Positions 49,019 to 60,793 of a stretch of DNA of 64,000 nucleotides are shown here, piece by piece. Position 1 is the first letter of the stretch. Each line of letters opens with the position of its first letter. Source of the DNA: Trypanosoma brucei (lineage: Eukaryota); assembly GCA_000002445.1 (NCBI GenBank), contig CM000207.1, positions 2,112,001-2,176,000 on the forward strand, written 5' to 3'. The translations under genes and the position numbers were made by a program. The notes beneath the pieces were generated by a model, which worked only from the letters and a program-made list of their open reading frames with translations, had not been told where the DNA came from and searched no databases.

Positions 49019-49708
49019 TTAAAGTGCTTGTAGTTTCTTTTTCTCTCTCCCTCTCTTAGAGCGTATATATTTGCCGCCGTCTGGAGAATACAACTGGTAC
49101 GGGGTTCACCTCACACGTTAACGGAAACAAATGGTAACACTGCAAGGAAACCAATTTCCCTTTTTGTGAGTAATAATAGATAATACCACTGATTGCTTTG
49201 TACGCGCATCGTAATAGAAGTAGGTGGATTGAAAAGAAGAAAGTAAAAAAGAAAAGAAAGAGAAAAAATTAACAAATATATAAACATATTTGCTCCCACA
49301 GCTGTGTAGACACTAAACGAGCAAATATACGGAAGGAATTATACTTATCAACAAGGAGCTCATGCGGATAAAAAAAATTCGCGCACGAAAGGGACAACTT
49401 TGAGAGAACCAAGGGGTCCCACACACCAGCAACACATAACGGAGCAAACGCTCCAGCCTTCACAATAACTGGTTATCGCTATTGTAAATCAACAGCAAAT
49501 AGAAAACCAAATATATAAATATACACACAACTAGAAAGGAGAAACACAAAAGGGGAGCGACGATGACAGCAACACTCGCATCCACCCCTCATACATTCAA
49601 CAACTCGATTCGAATAGATTCGCCTCCGTGAGGGCTCCACTTTCTCAAAGCAAACTCCTACAAAACACACATGCAAAAGCAAAAAAAAAAAACATCCACC
49701 AGATGAAG

Positions 49709-51676
49709 TTACACAGCACTCACTGAGGGATACATCGGCAACCCAACCATGAAAGCAGCACGACGTGTGCTCCCATTTGTTGTTGCCACAATAACAGGTG
49801 TGCGTGCCCGGGAGGAGCGCAAGCGGGATGACTTAAAAAGCACTGGGGGACCAGTGCCGTCACCATCGCATATGTTTCTTTCGTTATGGTCACTATGATG
49901 TTTGAGAAAACTCGAGCTTTGACTGTTGTTGCTTCCCCACTTTTCCTCCGTCATGGCTTCAACGACACCTGAAACTAAAAGGTCCAATTCGCCCTGTCCC
50001 TTGACGGATGCCGATTCGCCTGTTAGTCGCCCATTTGTTACAGAGACAATCTTTTCCAATTGCTTTGCAACGAGCACACTCGCATAATGGGCATCACTCA
50101 ACAATGGGGGGTTGGAGCAACTTGGCTCAACCCGCGCAGAATCAGGAGCCAAGAAGAATCTTTCTTGACTTTCCTCCAATAGAGCCACTTCATCCTGGAG
50201 GCCAAGCAGAGTAACACCACCACAGTGCTCCTTCATGGATATTGAATAGGGGCTCAGCAGACGGTTACTCTCCAGTGCCGTTTGTTTAGTGGTGGTGTTA
50301 TGCATCAATGCCAGAAGCACACGACGTGAGTGGAAACGCCGAGAGCCCTGATCCTCCAGCGCAGAATGGGCGATGTCGAGGAGGACAGAGTACGGTACAA
50401 CAACCTCGCGATGTTTTGCAAGCTGTAGCAGGCGGTTAAAGTGTTGAAGAACGAAACAAGAGTCGGGTACCACAATGTCGTGATGAAGTCGGCGGCGAAT
50501 AATAAATTCAACGCGCTCTGCTGCACCTTCAATATCTGTACCACCAAACACTTCACCGTTTGGGTCCGTCCATCGAGACGCACCTAGCCTATTCTCCTCG
50601 GGTTCCTTGCTTCTTCGTTGGCCAACTCGGGAATCGGTCCTCGCCCTCATGCTGTAACGCCGCGGTAGAACGTCGTGAGCCTCGCCAGGGAGAACCAACG
50701 TGGCCGCAGCCCGACGTATAAAAAGTGCATCCCACGATGCTGTGACGCAATGCATAAACTTCAATGGTTGTTTACATAGCGGCCGCATGGACTCGGTGAG
50801 GGCCTCAAGAGAGGCAAGCTTCTTCTCTTGTATGCTACTCAAACCCTCACTACCAGCAAAACGACCAAAGTCTTCAAACAACAGTCGTTCTCGAGCCAAC
50901 TCGCTTGTGGGTGTCGTGAAGACCAGCGGGTGGTTCAGCACCGCACGACCAAGGTCTATAAGAGGCTCAATTTCAACCTCAGATGCGAGACGGACGTCTT
51001 CCACCACGCGACGCATCTGCGAAAGAAGATAATAAAGACCCAGCTGACCACCTAATCGCTGCGTGGTGCGTAGTAGCTGTATATTTTGTTGAAACTGAAT
51101 GCGGAACTGCTCTGCTTCCGATAGCTGTGTCAGTTCCAAGCCTGCTATTGAATAAATCCCTGCAGCACCACCTTTAGTGGGAAACCATGTCCTGACAACA
51201 CTGTCACCGCCGCACGAAGTGTCCAAACTACACTGTGCCACGGCAGCCTCAATACCAACATCACCAACACAGTCCCCACGCTCAGCTGCTATAATTTCAG
51301 CCACAATCATACTTTGATGTACGCGGTGGGGTTGCTGACGCAGTGCCAATAAAGCAAGTTCATCACTAGAAAGCCCCTGCAGCGACTTGGGGCTTAAACC
51401 CGCCGATGCCGAAGGGAGGCGTCGCAACTTTCGGGGATGCCACTCCATCGCGTGTCCACAACGGTTCAACAGCCCGTGGACGCGAAGGGCCTCAGACGCT
51501 TTGCGATGCAGTAAACAAACCCGCATGCATTCGCTTACCGCCTCGTGAAAAAGCCCAACATCGCACGTGCTACGACTGGGCCCAAGGAGGGTGTAAACAA
51601 CTTGAAGGGCAGCCTCCCACGGCGTCATCGTATCGCTGCATGCGGCTCTGAAGAGGCCTTTAATCCGCCCATCCAT
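49709..51676 (-). CDS. Hypothetical conserved protein (655 aa).
   Basis: 2-kb uninterrupted minus-strand ORF with complex composition. No confidently recognised domain. Confidence 0.55.
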   Translation of the reverse strand: MDGRIKGLFRAACSDTMTPWEAALQVVYTLLGPSRSTCDVGLFHEAVSECMRVCLLHRKASEALRVHGLLNRCGHAMEWHPRKLRRLPSASAGLSPKSLQGLSSDELALLALRQQPHRVHQSMIVAEIIAAERGDCVGDVGIEAAVAQCSLDTSCGGDSVVRTWFPTKGGAAGIYSIAGLELTQLSEAEQFRIQFQQNIQLLRTTQRLGGQLGLYYLLSQMRRVVEDVRLASEVEIEPLIDLGRAVLNHPLVFTTPTSELARERLLFEDFGRFAGSEGLSSIQEKKLASLEALTESMRPLCKQPLKFMHCVTASWDALFIRRAAATLVLPGEAHDVLPRRYSMRARTDSRVGQRRSKEPEENRLGASRWTDPNGEVFGGTDIEGAAERVEFIIRRRLHHDIVVPDSCFVLQHFNRLLQLAKHREVVVPYSVLLDIAHSALEDQGSRRFHSRRVLLALMHNTTTKQTALESNRLLSPYSISMKEHCGGVTLLGLQDEVALLEESQERFFLAPDSARVEPSCSNPPLLSDAHYASVLVAKQLEKIVSVTNGRLTGESASVKGQGELDLLVSGVVEAMTEEKWGSNNSQSSSFLKHHSDHNERNICDGDGTGPPVLFKSSRLRSSRARTPVIVATTNGSTRRAAFMVGLPMYPSVSAV

Positions 51677-52049
51677 TCCGTAGGAGTGATATGTATTCCA
51701 CCCTCACCTCGCTGCAAGAACCGGTGGACAGGATTGAGAAATAAAAAAAAAACAAAGGAACAAAAAGATGAAACTTGCCGCACTCATGTCGATACCACAC
51801 ACATAAAATAGCAAAACAAATACAACAACAAAACACACACTCGAAATGCAAATTAAAAAGAAGAGAGTTGGGAGACGCCCAGAAACCGGGAGGGAGAACA
51901 AAGAAACCTCCCTCCAATAACGGAACGCACACTCCCCATTACGAGTGAGCAAAAACTCACAAACGAACGGAGTGCGAGTTGAAAGGGGGGTATTGTTCGC
52001 GACAACTTCGGCTTGTACGGGAGCCTTGACGCGAATACCGGGCGCTCCT

Positions 52050-53018
52050 TCAATCAGTTAAAACACAAAGTGGAGAGGAAACGAACAGCTGATCCGCCGA
52101 TGTCACGGAAAACGTGTCATTGAACTTCGGACTCCACAACTTGCGTGGCCACTTCCTCTTCGCGGAGCGATCAGGGGCCTTCACAGCTTTTAGCCCCCTC
52201 CGCACACGAATCGTAGCGGTCACCTCGTAGCGCTCTCGCGACGCCCAAGCTAAGAGTAACTCCACAGGACACACCTTCTCAATCCACTGCTGCACAAGCT
52301 TCCGGGCTATCGCCTCACTCACTGTTGAGGGCCGCCAGACGGTAACGCCCTTCACTCCACCTTCTGTTGCCGCACTGTAAACAAATGTGGCGCCGACGTC
52401 TCCATCACGACCGCTACCAGCCAAACTACTGTAAGTATTCCCACCAGTCCCTTCTATTCTTCCATACCTTTCCCACGCGTCCAATACAGGGGTCTTTAGT
52501 GTGGCAAGTATAAACATGAGCAGAACCACTAGAAAATTTCTTTCGCCAAGCCGCCTAGACGCCCTGCGCTTCACCTTAAATCTTATCTCAAACATGTCGT
52601 TATGCCCCTGCGGCAAAAATGGCTCCGTCCATGAAAATTTTTCACAGAGAGTTTCGGTGGCATGAATGCGGCACGCTGCGTGGTAAAGCACCTTAGCTGA
52701 CGCGCAGTGCACGAGACGGAGTGCGACTTCTGACAATGAGAACAGCTCCGATGATTCCCACCTATTTAAAACCTCTTCACCATGGGTATCGTAAACATAT
52801 CTCAATTTCCCATCCATTAACACTTCGTAAGAGCGGGCGACGGCGCAGAATGCCTCTCTTGCCCTCGGGTTATTTGGGTTCTTATCGGGATGAAGCTGAA
52901 GAACTAAACTATGGTAGCTGCGTCGAATGGTTCTCTCATCCGCATCTTTGGGAACTTGCAACACCTCGTAGTACTTGCTGCGGTTCTCGAGAATCCAATT
53001 GATGCGAGTGTCATCCAT
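52050..53018 (-). CDS. DnaJ (J-domain) protein.
   Basis: The N-terminal J domain KYYEVLQVPKDADERTIRRSYHSLVLQLHPDKNPNNPRAREAFCAVARSYEVL contains the HPD tripeptide. The start was set at MDDTRINW (M12 of the track ORF). Confidence 0.8.
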   Translation of the reverse strand: MDDTRINWILENRSKYYEVLQVPKDADERTIRRSYHSLVLQLHPDKNPNNPRAREAFCAVARSYEVLMDGKLRYVYDTHGEEVLNRWESSELFSLSEVALRLVHCASAKVLYHAACRIHATETLCEKFSWTEPFLPQGHNDMFEIRFKVKRRASRRLGERNFLVVLLMFILATLKTPVLDAWERYGRIEGTGGNTYSSLAGSGRDGDVGATFVYSAATEGGVKGVTVWRPSTVSEAIARKLVQQWIEKVCPVELLLAWASRERYEVTATIRVRRGLKAVKAPDRSAKRKWPRKLWSPKFNDTFSVTSADQLFVSSPLCVLTD

Positions 53019-53849
53019 CACTAGAAAACGATGAGTTTGTGTACAAGTCACCTACTCTCTTCTCCCAGTAGATACGCAATGTGATATGTCTCTTTCCCTA
53101 CCACTTCCTGCACACAAGCGCAATGATAATACGTATTCGCTGCTTCGTGGTGTAGTGCGAGTATTACTTGACACAGAAGCCACCGCCCGATGTCTGACAC
53201 GGGCAAATGGCCTTTAAAAAAAAAGAATGCACTTTACCTTATCACCATCACGCCGCGGGTATGTGGGTGACGTTAGTGGAGAAAAATAAAATGAAAATAA
53301 AAAAACAATGGGACAAAAAACAAAAACGAAAGAGTAAAATGCTAGCAAGGTCACATATATGTATGCATTTGCATTAGAAGATGTGGCATCCACAAAACTG
53401 AGCACGCAAAACAAAAAAAATCGAGTGAAATCACAAAAAGGGCACAGAAATCTCGAGAATTGAACATCTCATATCACGCAGGAAGAAAACGGGAGAACAC
53501 AGTAAGTGCTTCCAAAACCTTTCCACACCCCGAAAACTAAACTCACTCTGTATGTCTGTGTTGAAGTAAGATAGATTGTGAAAAAAGATGGGACGCTAGA
53601 GAACAGTAATAAGTTTTAAACTAAACAATGAATAAATCGAAAACATTCGGCTACGAATGTGAAAATTTAAAAAAATGGATGTTTGCCGAGGCCTAACGGC
53701 AGCAACCTGCTTCACGTTGGTATCCTTGCAAGTGACACGAAAAAAAAAATGAACACGCTTAAACAAACACAAAAAATAAAAGAGAGAAACCAGTGGCACA
53801 GTCACAGGGGGGGGCTCAGTGGCTGGTTGGAGCGCACCACACAAATCTT

Positions 53850-56800
53850 TCAGGAAGCAACCATGAGCTCACCACCACCTTCTGCAGCTCTGAACACGAT
53901 ATCGCGCTCCATATCGATACTTATTGCCTCTACCGGCCAACGCAAGTAGAAATCTTTTGCGCGGTTGACGGGAAACGGTCCACAACGCTCCGCTTGCAAC
54001 TCACACGCCTCAAGGACTGCCCGCACCGCTTCATAAACATTTAGAGACGGGCGATTGAACTGAGCAACAGTTGCAGCACTACCCGAAACCAGTAACTCAC
54101 GCGGTCGCTTGGCACCGTTACACAGTTTGGATTCCTCCCCCAGTCCTGAGAGAAACACGGCAACCGCCTCCCGAAGCCCACCCGCTTCTGCCCATGAGGG
54201 CCAAGCGTTTAGAAGGGCCGCAAACACCCAGCCACCCTCAGCTACACCCACGGAATGTACCGGATCATTTCCCTGCTTCTCAGACCTGGTACCAGCAACC
54301 ACTACTCCGGTAAGCAGAAAAAAAAGGCCCAAAGCCTCTAGAGAGCATGATAAGTGTGGGAATTTCCCCAACAGCTCGTGGCACACACGAGATGCAGCAA
54401 CGGTCTCGCAGTGGTAAAACATCAATTCGCTTACCCACGTGAGAAGCAGTGGCGCCGCCACTTCCAAAAATTGGTTCATCGCGGAAGACCAACAACACTT
54501 CATGCGATGTTCAACGCTGCAGATTACAAACGCACGCAACGTTAAATTTCCCGGCGCAACTTTGGACCACTCGTTTAATGGGATTTGAACAGCAGAGTGG
54601 TGCCGGCCAACCCCACAGCGCATCATTTCACCCTCCACCATCCAACAGACCGTTGCCCTCGCTGCTTCAATACAGGGAGACACATCCCCGCCCTTCACCA
54701 TGTGGTTTAACTCCGCCCCCAGCTCCACCTCATGACGTAGAGCAAACTCGCTACGATGCGCACGTCTCAGCAAGAGAAATATCGTCATCCACATGTACAC
54801 TTGTCCACTCGGTTGCCTCACGTTCTGAAGTGCCCATTTGAAAAGTGTGTGGTCGCAGCAGCTCGCCACACTCAGGGGAAGCCGAGAAAGCGACAAAGCA
54901 ACAAGCCGTGCAGCATGCCCTACCAAAAACGGCGCGGCTTCCCTGTAGAGTAGCAGTGGTGTCAGGTGCTGCTCGAGAAGTAAGCGAACGAACTCAATAA
55001 TCACCGTGGTATCAGTACTTTCCTCTGCATGTAAACATCGACACAAGAAAGAAATGATGCGGCAACTGAGCGGGTGGTCATTTGAGGCAGTACGCCGCCG
55101 CAGCGTGTTAAACAGCAATGACAAAAACAACCCGCAGCCAGCAGCATGATTCACAACAAGGGAACAAAGAGTAACCTGATCCTTGTCTCGATGTTGGGAA
55201 CCGGTGAAGAGATAATCATGTGCTTCTTCTATGCGTCCCTGTTCCCTATCACTCTCAATTTGAATGATGGCACTTGAAACAAGGGCAGCCAGCAGTGCCT
55301 TGCCCCACGTTCGAGCCCCTAGCGCTTCTAACCATTGGGGTTCTGCGGAACGGAACATCTGCAGGTGCGATAGACGTAGCTCCTCTGATACGACAGAAGC
55401 ACCACTGACAGAAACGCAGGCGTTTAAATGAGAAATATCACGTTGTGGTTGCTCTCCCCCCCACTTATGGATTGCCAAAGATACCTTCAAAGCGGAAAAC
55501 TCGGCCACGGAACAGCGGTCCTCGCTTGGAATTACATCATCACCCGTCCTGTACGCACCACTATAACCACCCGACGCAAACACCTGCCTCGCACCTTCAG
55601 TGAAGAGCGGAACAAGCGAGAGCTGTTCAAATAAAAAGGAATCGAGCTGCCCACTCCCCAGTGGCTGCTCACATCCCGCGGTGGCTAGGGCTAACAGAAA
55701 CGAAGCCGCCCAGTGTGGGTGCCGGCGCAAGGAGTTATTGACAAGCAGTTGCGGAGACATTAAGCCATCAGCCCCTTTCACGAAGGTAAAGTAAATCTGT
55801 CCATCTTCCCCCGTCAAGTCACGATTTGCAGGAGCTAAAAGCAGGAAATCATTCATGACACTAACGCGGAGATCTGAGAACGAAGACGGTACGCTGAGCA
55901 GCAACGTCAGGAGGTTGCCCCGGAGAAGGTGGCACACCTTTTGTTCGAGCTGACTGTCACCTATGCCGAAGTCGTCTCCCTTACCAACGAGACGTCTAAT
56001 CACGGTGGACCCCATCTTCAAGATGGCATCACCCAAACTACTGTCAAACACGAGTCTGGTATCCGGTATACCTCCGTCATTCCGTATCTGAAACTGACGT
56101 AGTGCCTCCCCCAGAAGGCCTACAACCAACTGCATGAGCAGCACTTCACACCCAGGAAGCAAAAAGGCCGCCACACAAATAAGACTGTGGAGCGCCCCGC
56201 ACGGGATTGTACGGAATTCGCTGGGGAACAACTGCTGGTCAGCGTGGTAGTTACCACCCGCTTCAGTACCCGCCGTAGCCTCCCCGCAGAGCTCCCACAC
56301 GACGTGCAACAAAGTGTTTGTCAACATAGAAATAGTTTCAGGAAGAAGAGAGGCACCTCCACAATTCTCATGTTTGCATGCTCGCTCAAGACAGAGACAT
56401 TCCAACAGAAAGCAGTGGAAGGATACGGAACTTCCATCGCGCACGCTGCGCACTATTTTTTCGGCGACATCGTTAAGGTTGGTATGGCGGTCAATAACGG
56501 CGTCCACGAAGTGCGGGCCTCTCACCGCGTCCTCAAATGCCTTCCCACTGATAGATGAAACCTCAAACAATACGCACAACAACGGTCCGTAGGGCACACT
56601 ACCACTTGGTAGGTTGTTTAGCAGTCCCACCAAAGCAGGCGCTGTATCAGCTGAGGCGGTTCTCAGTGCTTCAATAATGTAATCAGACAGATCAGGGCAT
56701 TCACCCAAGAGAGGCTTCTCCACAAATAGCTCTCTTAGCGCCTCAGCCGCTGCCACCACAACATCTCCATTAAGATGCAGCAGCAAAATAATTAAGTTAC

Positions 56801-57881
56801 GCGCAAGCCCCAGCGCGTCGCTCAAAGGCAATCCGTAGCTATCACTCTTGCCGCCCGCAGTGCCAGCAGCAGCATCATGGTGCGGCAGAGGGGTGGTAGT
56901 AAACAGCGCCGTACGCGTTGTCCCGTACTGCAAAACGAAACGCGTGAGGTAAAGAGCATTCGCAACTACCGGCTCCTCCCCACGAAACGTTTCCAACGCC
57001 CACGTAAGATAGGTCAAGAAAGGTGACCTCCGAACACCCCACGAAGAAGCAGGGAGTGCATTTGCTAGACTCTCGAGCCATACAGGGTGTTTGGCGCACG
57101 CCTCGAAGGCCAGGTGGAGCAGATAAAGCAAGAGCTCCACTCGGAACGCATCTGTCAGTGCTGTAGTGAGAGAACACATGTGTGGCACGCAGTGCTCCGC
57201 AACACACCACAGAAAAGGGGGACTCGCCTCCGCCAGGTCCGTTAGCAAAAGAAGCGGCAGAGGAACGGAGAAATCATCCGCTGTGACTTTTACCTCCTGT
57301 GATAACCCAGCAAGGACTGTTTCGCATAGGCATATCGAGAGACCCACTGGCGGCTGCGACAACAGCGTTGTATGTCCCTGGACAGTAAAGTCGTAACTGC
57401 GCCCATCCATGCCAAGACACTCCGTGTGACAAAAAAGGCCACTCTCTGTTGCTTCCTCAAGCAGAGTAAAAACAAGAGCAAGCACCGACAGGCCGGCTTT
57501 GTACAGCGGCATGTGGTGGTGAAGCGAGATGCAACGGCAAATCTTCGCCCCGAGATCCTGCAACAAACCCGCGAATCGCAAGAGTAAATCCCACGGTGGC
57601 GACGACAAGCAACCCTGTGCAGGGACGTCGACAAAGGAGCTTTCGTGCAGGGAGTTCGTGCGGTGTTTGACAAGCACTGGGGAAAAGGTGTATTGTAACG
57701 ATAGCATGATATCCTGTAAAGCCTGCACGACGTGCAACGCGGGAAGTTTGTCGAGTCGATCAACCAAACAGGATGCACAAAGCGTGTGGTGAGGGGGAAA
57801 CTCCCGCTGCGCATTCTTTGGCTCCAACAGGAGAATCATATGCTGTGGATCACAACACTCATCTACTTCCCACTCGCTCAT
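53850..57881 (-). CDS. Large hypothetical protein (~1343 aa), Leu-rich and helical. Possible HEAT/ARM-type scaffold.
   Basis: 4-kb uninterrupted minus-strand ORF. The start was set at MSEWEVDECCDPQH, because the upstream 58 codons are translated from an AT-rich leader. No catalytic motifs recognised. Confidence 0.55.
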   Translation of the reverse strand: MSEWEVDECCDPQHMILLLEPKNAQREFPPHHTLCASCLVDRLDKLPALHVVQALQDIMLSLQYTFSPVLVKHRTNSLHESSFVDVPAQGCLSSPPWDLLLRFAGLLQDLGAKICRCISLHHHMPLYKAGLSVLALVFTLLEEATESGLFCHTECLGMDGRSYDFTVQGHTTLLSQPPVGLSICLCETVLAGLSQEVKVTADDFSVPLPLLLLTDLAEASPPFLWCVAEHCVPHMCSLTTALTDAFRVELLLYLLHLAFEACAKHPVWLESLANALPASSWGVRRSPFLTYLTWALETFRGEEPVVANALYLTRFVLQYGTTRTALFTTTPLPHHDAAAGTAGGKSDSYGLPLSDALGLARNLIILLLHLNGDVVVAAAEALRELFVEKPLLGECPDLSDYIIEALRTASADTAPALVGLLNNLPSGSVPYGPLLCVLFEVSSISGKAFEDAVRGPHFVDAVIDRHTNLNDVAEKIVRSVRDGSSVSFHCFLLECLCLERACKHENCGGASLLPETISMLTNTLLHVVWELCGEATAGTEAGGNYHADQQLFPSEFRTIPCGALHSLICVAAFLLPGCEVLLMQLVVGLLGEALRQFQIRNDGGIPDTRLVFDSSLGDAILKMGSTVIRRLVGKGDDFGIGDSQLEQKVCHLLRGNLLTLLLSVPSSFSDLRVSVMNDFLLLAPANRDLTGEDGQIYFTFVKGADGLMSPQLLVNNSLRRHPHWAASFLLALATAGCEQPLGSGQLDSFLFEQLSLVPLFTEGARQVFASGGYSGAYRTGDDVIPSEDRCSVAEFSALKVSLAIHKWGGEQPQRDISHLNACVSVSGASVVSEELRLSHLQMFRSAEPQWLEALGARTWGKALLAALVSSAIIQIESDREQGRIEEAHDYLFTGSQHRDKDQVTLCSLVVNHAAGCGLFLSLLFNTLRRRTASNDHPLSCRIISFLCRCLHAEESTDTTVIIEFVRLLLEQHLTPLLLYREAAPFLVGHAARLVALSLSRLPLSVASCCDHTLFKWALQNVRQPSGQVYMWMTIFLLLRRAHRSEFALRHEVELGAELNHMVKGGDVSPCIEAARATVCWMVEGEMMRCGVGRHHSAVQIPLNEWSKVAPGNLTLRAFVICSVEHRMKCCWSSAMNQFLEVAAPLLLTWVSELMFYHCETVAASRVCHELLGKFPHLSCSLEALGLFFLLTGVVVAGTRSEKQGNDPVHSVGVAEGGWVFAALLNAWPSWAEAGGLREAVAVFLSGLGEESKLCNGAKRPRELLVSGSAATVAQFNRPSLNVYEAVRAVLEACELQAERCGPFPVNRAKDFYLRWPVEAISIDMERDIVFRAAEGGGELMVAS

Positions 57882-58608
57882 ATAAATATATAATGAATTA
57901 TTGATATACGTATGTGTACGTTGACCAGGCCTGGGGGAGTGGTGAAAGCGGAGCGAAAGAGAGAAAGGAACAGAAAGAAAAAATATAAAATAAACGAAAC
58001 GCAGATATGGCTCGTCACTAAGAAAACGCGAGAAATTAGCAGTGGAAAGCAACACCTTGAACTCTTGTCCGTTATAACAAAACTTACCGAACGTATCCCC
58101 GACGCAGTGCGATACACAAACACCCCCTCAGTGGGATAAAAGAGGTTATAACGTCGGGAAGGGACATATGAATAAACAAACAAATAAATGAAGGAGTAAA
58201 CAAATGATAAGACGAAGATAGACTAATGAGAAAACCATCGGTGTGCAGCTGAATGACACATATTTTTTTTTCTCAGACGAAGCGATAGTGCCCGCTCAGG
58301 GACTTCGAGGGTTACTGTAACACCACCTACGCGTGCCCATTCCCACGCATACACAATCTTTTTACGACACTGCGGTTACGCAATAATAATCACGCAGCGA
58401 AGCATATAGAAATACAGGAAAAAATAAAACAGTATTATATGTAAGTGTAAATGACTGACGATAAAGTTGAAAATATTCTTCCCTTCACCAACCAACCAAC
58501 CAACCAACACCTCCATCGCAACAACAACAACGACAACGACAAAGCCTCGGCAGCACATCGACCAAAACCCCTGCGATTGTCTCCCCTGCGCTCCCATCGC
58601 AACGTAAC

Positions 58609-59769
58609 CTATTCCCTGGGTTTTTGGACGTCTGGTGACCCACCACGAGCACTAAGCGCCTCAAGTACCTCCGGGTACGCTACGACGTAATACGTCGTTC
58701 CATAGTGCATATTCCTAAGTTCCTTTATTTCCAGACGTGACTCCTTCAAGTACTCCCTAATAGGTGAATTCCACTTACAGCCGTGTGTGTTTACGCTGTG
58801 TCGCTCCTCAAAATAGTCGAGAAACCAGTTGATTGGTAAATACGGGCTTTTGCCGTGCTCAAGTAGAAGAATAAGACCACTTGATTTAACGACGCGCTGC
58901 ATCTGCCGTAGAGCCTTGAGAGGATCATGAAGCGAACACAGTCCAAACATGTCAACTACGCAGTCAAACTCACCATCAGCAAACATCTCAAGGTTCTCTG
59001 AGCGCACACGGCGCACGTCATACTTGGGATATGCCGTCTGTGGTATGCGATACCGAATGGCCTGAAGCTGCTGGGCGTTTGCATCACACATAACAATCTC
59101 ATGGACAGCGTATGGGTACGCCCCAATGTTCTGTCCGTGACCGGCAGCGAGTTCAAGCACCCTGCCGTACGTTTGCTGAAGGAGCTCCTCCCTGAGCTGT
59201 CGCACTTCCTTCGGTTGCTCCACCCATATTCGAAAGAAGGTCAGCACCCCACCCACTAGTGAGATGCAGAACACAACGGCGCTCCAAGTTTTCACACGTT
59301 CCTTCAGGGGAAGTTTCGCACGCTGCAGGCGGAAGTACTCGCGTTGCTGGTAGTACTCGTGATGCCAAAAGGGTTTCACATGGGTGGGAATATCATCTGT
59401 GTAGTCGTAGAAGTTTTGCTTCCCTCTCGAAAGAATGGGAGGGTACGTTGTATCCCACCGCCAAATAAGAGCCTCAGGCTCCTTGTCCCTTCCATCCCTT
59501 GCCAAGGCGTGCCGAGCATACTCCAGCACCACGTCATCCGATGGTTCGAGGAACCCCTCTCTCCTCTCCACACCCATATTTACGTTCGTAATTGACGAAC
59601 TCTTATCAGAACTGGGGCTGACTTCAGGAGCAACGCCCTCCGTTGATGCCTCCTCCCGACCGCTGCCACCTCCAGATTTCGTGCCCTGAAACCTACGAGC
59701 AGTGGTCACCACGGCACGAAGCGGGCCCGCTGCACCGCTCCTCATACATGGAATAAACCGCCGGAACAT
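58609..59769 (-). CDS. SAM-dependent methyltransferase (class I, Methyltransf_11-like) with a putative mitochondrial presequence.
   Basis: Motif I VLELAAGHGQN and post-I DCVVDMFGLCSLHDPLKALRQMQRVVKSSGLILLLEHG are present. The start was set at MFRRFIPCMRSGAAGPLRAVVTTARRF, an MFRR-type presequence. Confidence 0.7.
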   Translation of the reverse strand: MFRRFIPCMRSGAAGPLRAVVTTARRFQGTKSGGGSGREEASTEGVAPEVSPSSDKSSSITNVNMGVERREGFLEPSDDVVLEYARHALARDGRDKEPEALIWRWDTTYPPILSRGKQNFYDYTDDIPTHVKPFWHHEYYQQREYFRLQRAKLPLKERVKTWSAVVFCISLVGGVLTFFRIWVEQPKEVRQLREELLQQTYGRVLELAAGHGQNIGAYPYAVHEIVMCDANAQQLQAIRYRIPQTAYPKYDVRRVRSENLEMFADGEFDCVVDMFGLCSLHDPLKALRQMQRVVKSSGLILLLEHGKSPYLPINWFLDYFEERHSVNTHGCKWNSPIREYLKESRLEIKELRNMHYGTTYYVVAYPEVLEALSARGGSPDVQKPRE

Positions 59770-60793
59770 TTGCGAGTCTAATAATGATAAAAGTACCCGC
59801 ACTATTTTTCCCCCCTCCCTTTTCGTCTCCTTTCCGTTGACCACTTATTGATGAGTAAACCCCCTTCCTCCTCGCCCCTAACACTAAGTAGCAAAGGGAT
59901 TGGTAACGAGCAAAGTGAAAAGGAAAAAAAAAAGTAGCACTGCACACGCTCGTGGTAAAAGCCCTGTACAACATGAGGGATCAAAGCAAGCGACGGAAAT
60001 AAAGGAAGCAGAAAACAGTAGCTAATAGGGAAAAGTCGGAAGTGGTCACATGACCAAAACCCCTTCCGGGTGTATGCAATTGCACTTGGGAATAAGTAAA
60101 GAGTAAGAGGAAGGGAGAAACAGACGGGGAGGGAGTTCAATATCTTTACCCAACCATGCCACCCTTGTGCACGCACCATCATCTAATGGATGATCGTGCA
60201 ATAACAAAACAATGGGACGATGCACCACTACCGGTAAGGTAACTCAAGTTATCTTACCGGTAACTGAGACTCTCTCCCCCCCCCCTCACGAATAAGGAAG
60301 AACCGTCCCATATTCGCATCAGCAAAACGGGGACAAGAGAGTAGGGGTAAATATTTTTTAAAAAAGAAACTGCTTGGCCGTTTCCTCTGCCTCGCTTAAT
60401 GATATGACTATAAAGTCACGCTTTCTACACACGTTGAACAATGTCGTAATACTATATTTATTTATCTCTGGATGTGCATACGCGCCTTCGAATGAATAAA
60501 CGTAGAAGCAGAACAACAACTCACTGGCGGATTTTTTCTTTAAAAATAAAAAAATAGGACCAATGCGACTAGCATACATATATATGATATATGCAAATAC
60601 AGTCCCCCACTACCCCTACGATGGATAGTCAGTAAACCCTCAACAACATTCCTACCATCCCACTCACTAGTCATTAAGGACAAAGGAAGGATAAGGGGGT
60701 GAAAACTAAACCGTCCACTTCCGGTGTGTCATAAAGAAATTAAAAAACGGTGGGAAGGGTGGGTCATAGACATCTCCCCAGGGGTCAACTCGC

